50,676 bases of DNA, taken from assembly GCA_003427395.1 (NCBI GenBank), contig BFEA01000016.1, forward strand, positions 4,048,513 through 4,099,188, written 5' to 3'. Positions 48,934 through 50,676 of the stretch are shown piece after piece. Each line of letters opens with the position of its first letter. The first letter of the stretch is position 1. A program made the translations under genes and the position numbers. A model generated the notes under the pieces. That model worked only from the letters and a program-made list of their open reading frames with translations, searched no databases and had not been told where the DNA came from. Source of the stretch: Chara braunii. Lineage: Eukaryota; Plantae; Charophyceae.

Positions 48934-50374
48934 ACCTCATGCCCGGCGCGACTTCCTGATCGGAGTGGGATGTGGGCCTGGAAGTGCGAAAAGGGGTGTG
49001 CCAAGGATTTTTGGGAAATTGGGGGTGGAGTCCCAGGTCAGAACTGAGATCTCCTGTGGCAAGGATCCAGGGGCATAGGTGCAATGAGGCTAAGGGACGG
49101 GTTACTTTCGGTCTGATGGTGCTCGAGGTCGTGCAGCATAAGGCAGATGGCATGCGCGGTGCATCTTGGGTCGTCCGATCCGCCTATTCCAGTGACGGCG
49201 GTTCGGGAGAGGTTCGTTTGTGAGGGTCGCGATTTCTATGGGTCGGACCTCCGGGTGTGGACACGTGGCGGTTGATGTCGCGCGTTATGGTTAGGCTCCG
49301 TAATTCCTGAGACTCGGCGGTTGCCGCACCGTCTGCAATTTATGCACGGTGTGTGGGGCCAATACGGGGCTATTCCTTGGTACCACCGTGAGTTGGTGGT
49401 ATGGGAGGAGGAGATGGAAGGGAGGGAAATTGGTAGCGATAATGACGAAGCCGGAGGATATGAAATATTGCGTGTTATTAGTAGTCGGGAAGTCGGGGCC
49501 CCTCGGGTCATTGGTTACGGCGCGGTGAAAGTCCCTGGCACACAGTCGGTCGTTCTGGGTTAGACAGGGGAATTCCGGATTTCTCAAATCCCCCCGCAGC
49601 CTAAGCTGTTCTCCCTCCCAGTATTCTCGGTACTTTGGGTCCTGCAATTTCTCCCGGTCCGCGATGTACGACATCTGGTCATTCCGGTGTGGGGGGCATA
49701 GCCACTCTCCACGCATCGATCCGATCATGCAGCCCGCGAGCCAACTAGACACAACAAGGAAGAGAGAGGGCGGGAAAGACGAAGCTCAAGAAGAAAGATA
49801 CAGTTACAAGGGCGCCCTGCCCAAAATTACAGTTACTCACAAGATTAAGGGCGCCGACTAATCAGAGCTCCGTTGCAGCCGCAAAAAGAAACGCGCGAGC
49901 AAAAAGCACCGCGCGGCCAAAGAAATTCCGAATTCCTAAATTCCCAAATTCCTATTTAACACAAAAATGCAAAAAGAGCTTTAATAAAGCACAAATCCTG
50001 AAAAGAAAGTCCAAAATTCCGAGAGCCATCGAGGGCCCGACAAGATTCGAAAAAAAAAATAAAAAAGAAAGAAGCAAAACTCCCGCGCGATCACCGCGCC
50101 GAAAACCCGACAACAGAACAAGAAAGAAGCGACGTCAACCATTGTTAATCGCGCCTCCGTCGGCGCACCAGCCACTCAATCGACCATCCCGGGACTTGCC
50201 CAGCCCTGGCCCCAGCCATCCGAAAGAAGCGACATAAAAAGAAGAACAAACAAGGACACCGATGCAATTTTCCCGTTGGATCCCATCTCCAATAATTGGC
50301 CCAACCTTACCAGCTTAGGACCCCTCATTGTCATCGCGTAGAAAATCACGCGGAACAGGAATTGGTTCGTCACA
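48932..50374 (-). repeat. 5' LTR (~1.44 kb, shorter copy)
   Basis: Direct repeat of 38017-40498; begins TGTGACGAACC on minus. Confidence 0.88.
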
Positions 50375-50419
50375 GTGCCACCGACTTTCGTCCTTCCTGG
50401 AATGGGTGTGGGCCTGCTG

Positions 50420-50420
<1 letters not shown>

Positions 50421-50467
<47 letters not shown>
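50421..50467. repeat. (TG)n microsatellite
   Basis: Direct inspection. Confidence 0.97.
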
Positions 50468-50468
<1 letters not shown>

Positions 50469-50651
50469 GTCCGGCTCATATGATAGGTGCAGCCAAGCGG
50501 CCACCTTACACACCAGGCTAGTGCTCGGGAAATTCTTCCCCAAGGAGTGCAGGGTTTCCCTTCCTTTTACCATGAATACCGCTGAGCCTCTTTTCCAATG
50601 CACCTTTTTGCTTGGCCCATCGGTACTGGCGGTCTAACCACGAGACCATAC

Positions 50652-50676
50652 TTTTTTTTTTTTTTTTAACCCAGGG
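50652..50676 (-). mobile_element. Probable poly(A) tail of another retroposon running out of the window
   Basis: T16 followed by aacccaggg, similar to the LINE-B tail junction (Tn-aacacccc). Confidence 0.45.

Larger units (their letters stand above)
38009..50374 (-). mobile_element. Ty3/Gypsy LTR retrotransposon, complete but decayed
   Basis: Ends TGTGACG...CGTCACA; 4-bp TSD GTGC (38005-38008, 50375-50378); gag-PR-RT-RH-IN order; two LTR-like repeats. Confidence 0.95.

Overview
Eukaryotic, repeat-dense window with no recognisable host gene and three N-gaps (16164-17065, 28312-28901, 29466-29740). It is a nest of mostly decayed transposons; the repeat families resemble those I recall from the charophyte alga Chara, which is an inference. 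Contents: (i) L1/Tx1-type LINEs: LINE-A (~3055-11200, minus) with an internal ~2.6 kb inversion and an hAT-type non-autonomous insertion (5166-6480, 8-bp TSD); 5'-truncated LINE-B (11498-14203, minus, 8-bp TSD); near full-length LINE-C (15065-26854, plus, 17-bp TSD) inserted at the endonuclease start of another LINE; LINE-D (~32100-37310, minus); plus short tails and fragments. (ii) A complete but decayed Ty3/Gypsy element (38009-50374, minus, 4-bp TSD GTGC). Main points of interest: a PHD finger in frame with and just N-terminal to the Gypsy integrase; a near-palindromic end-to-end junction where that element's polypurine tract should be; and a multi-hairpin 3' tail shared by otherwise divergent retroposons.
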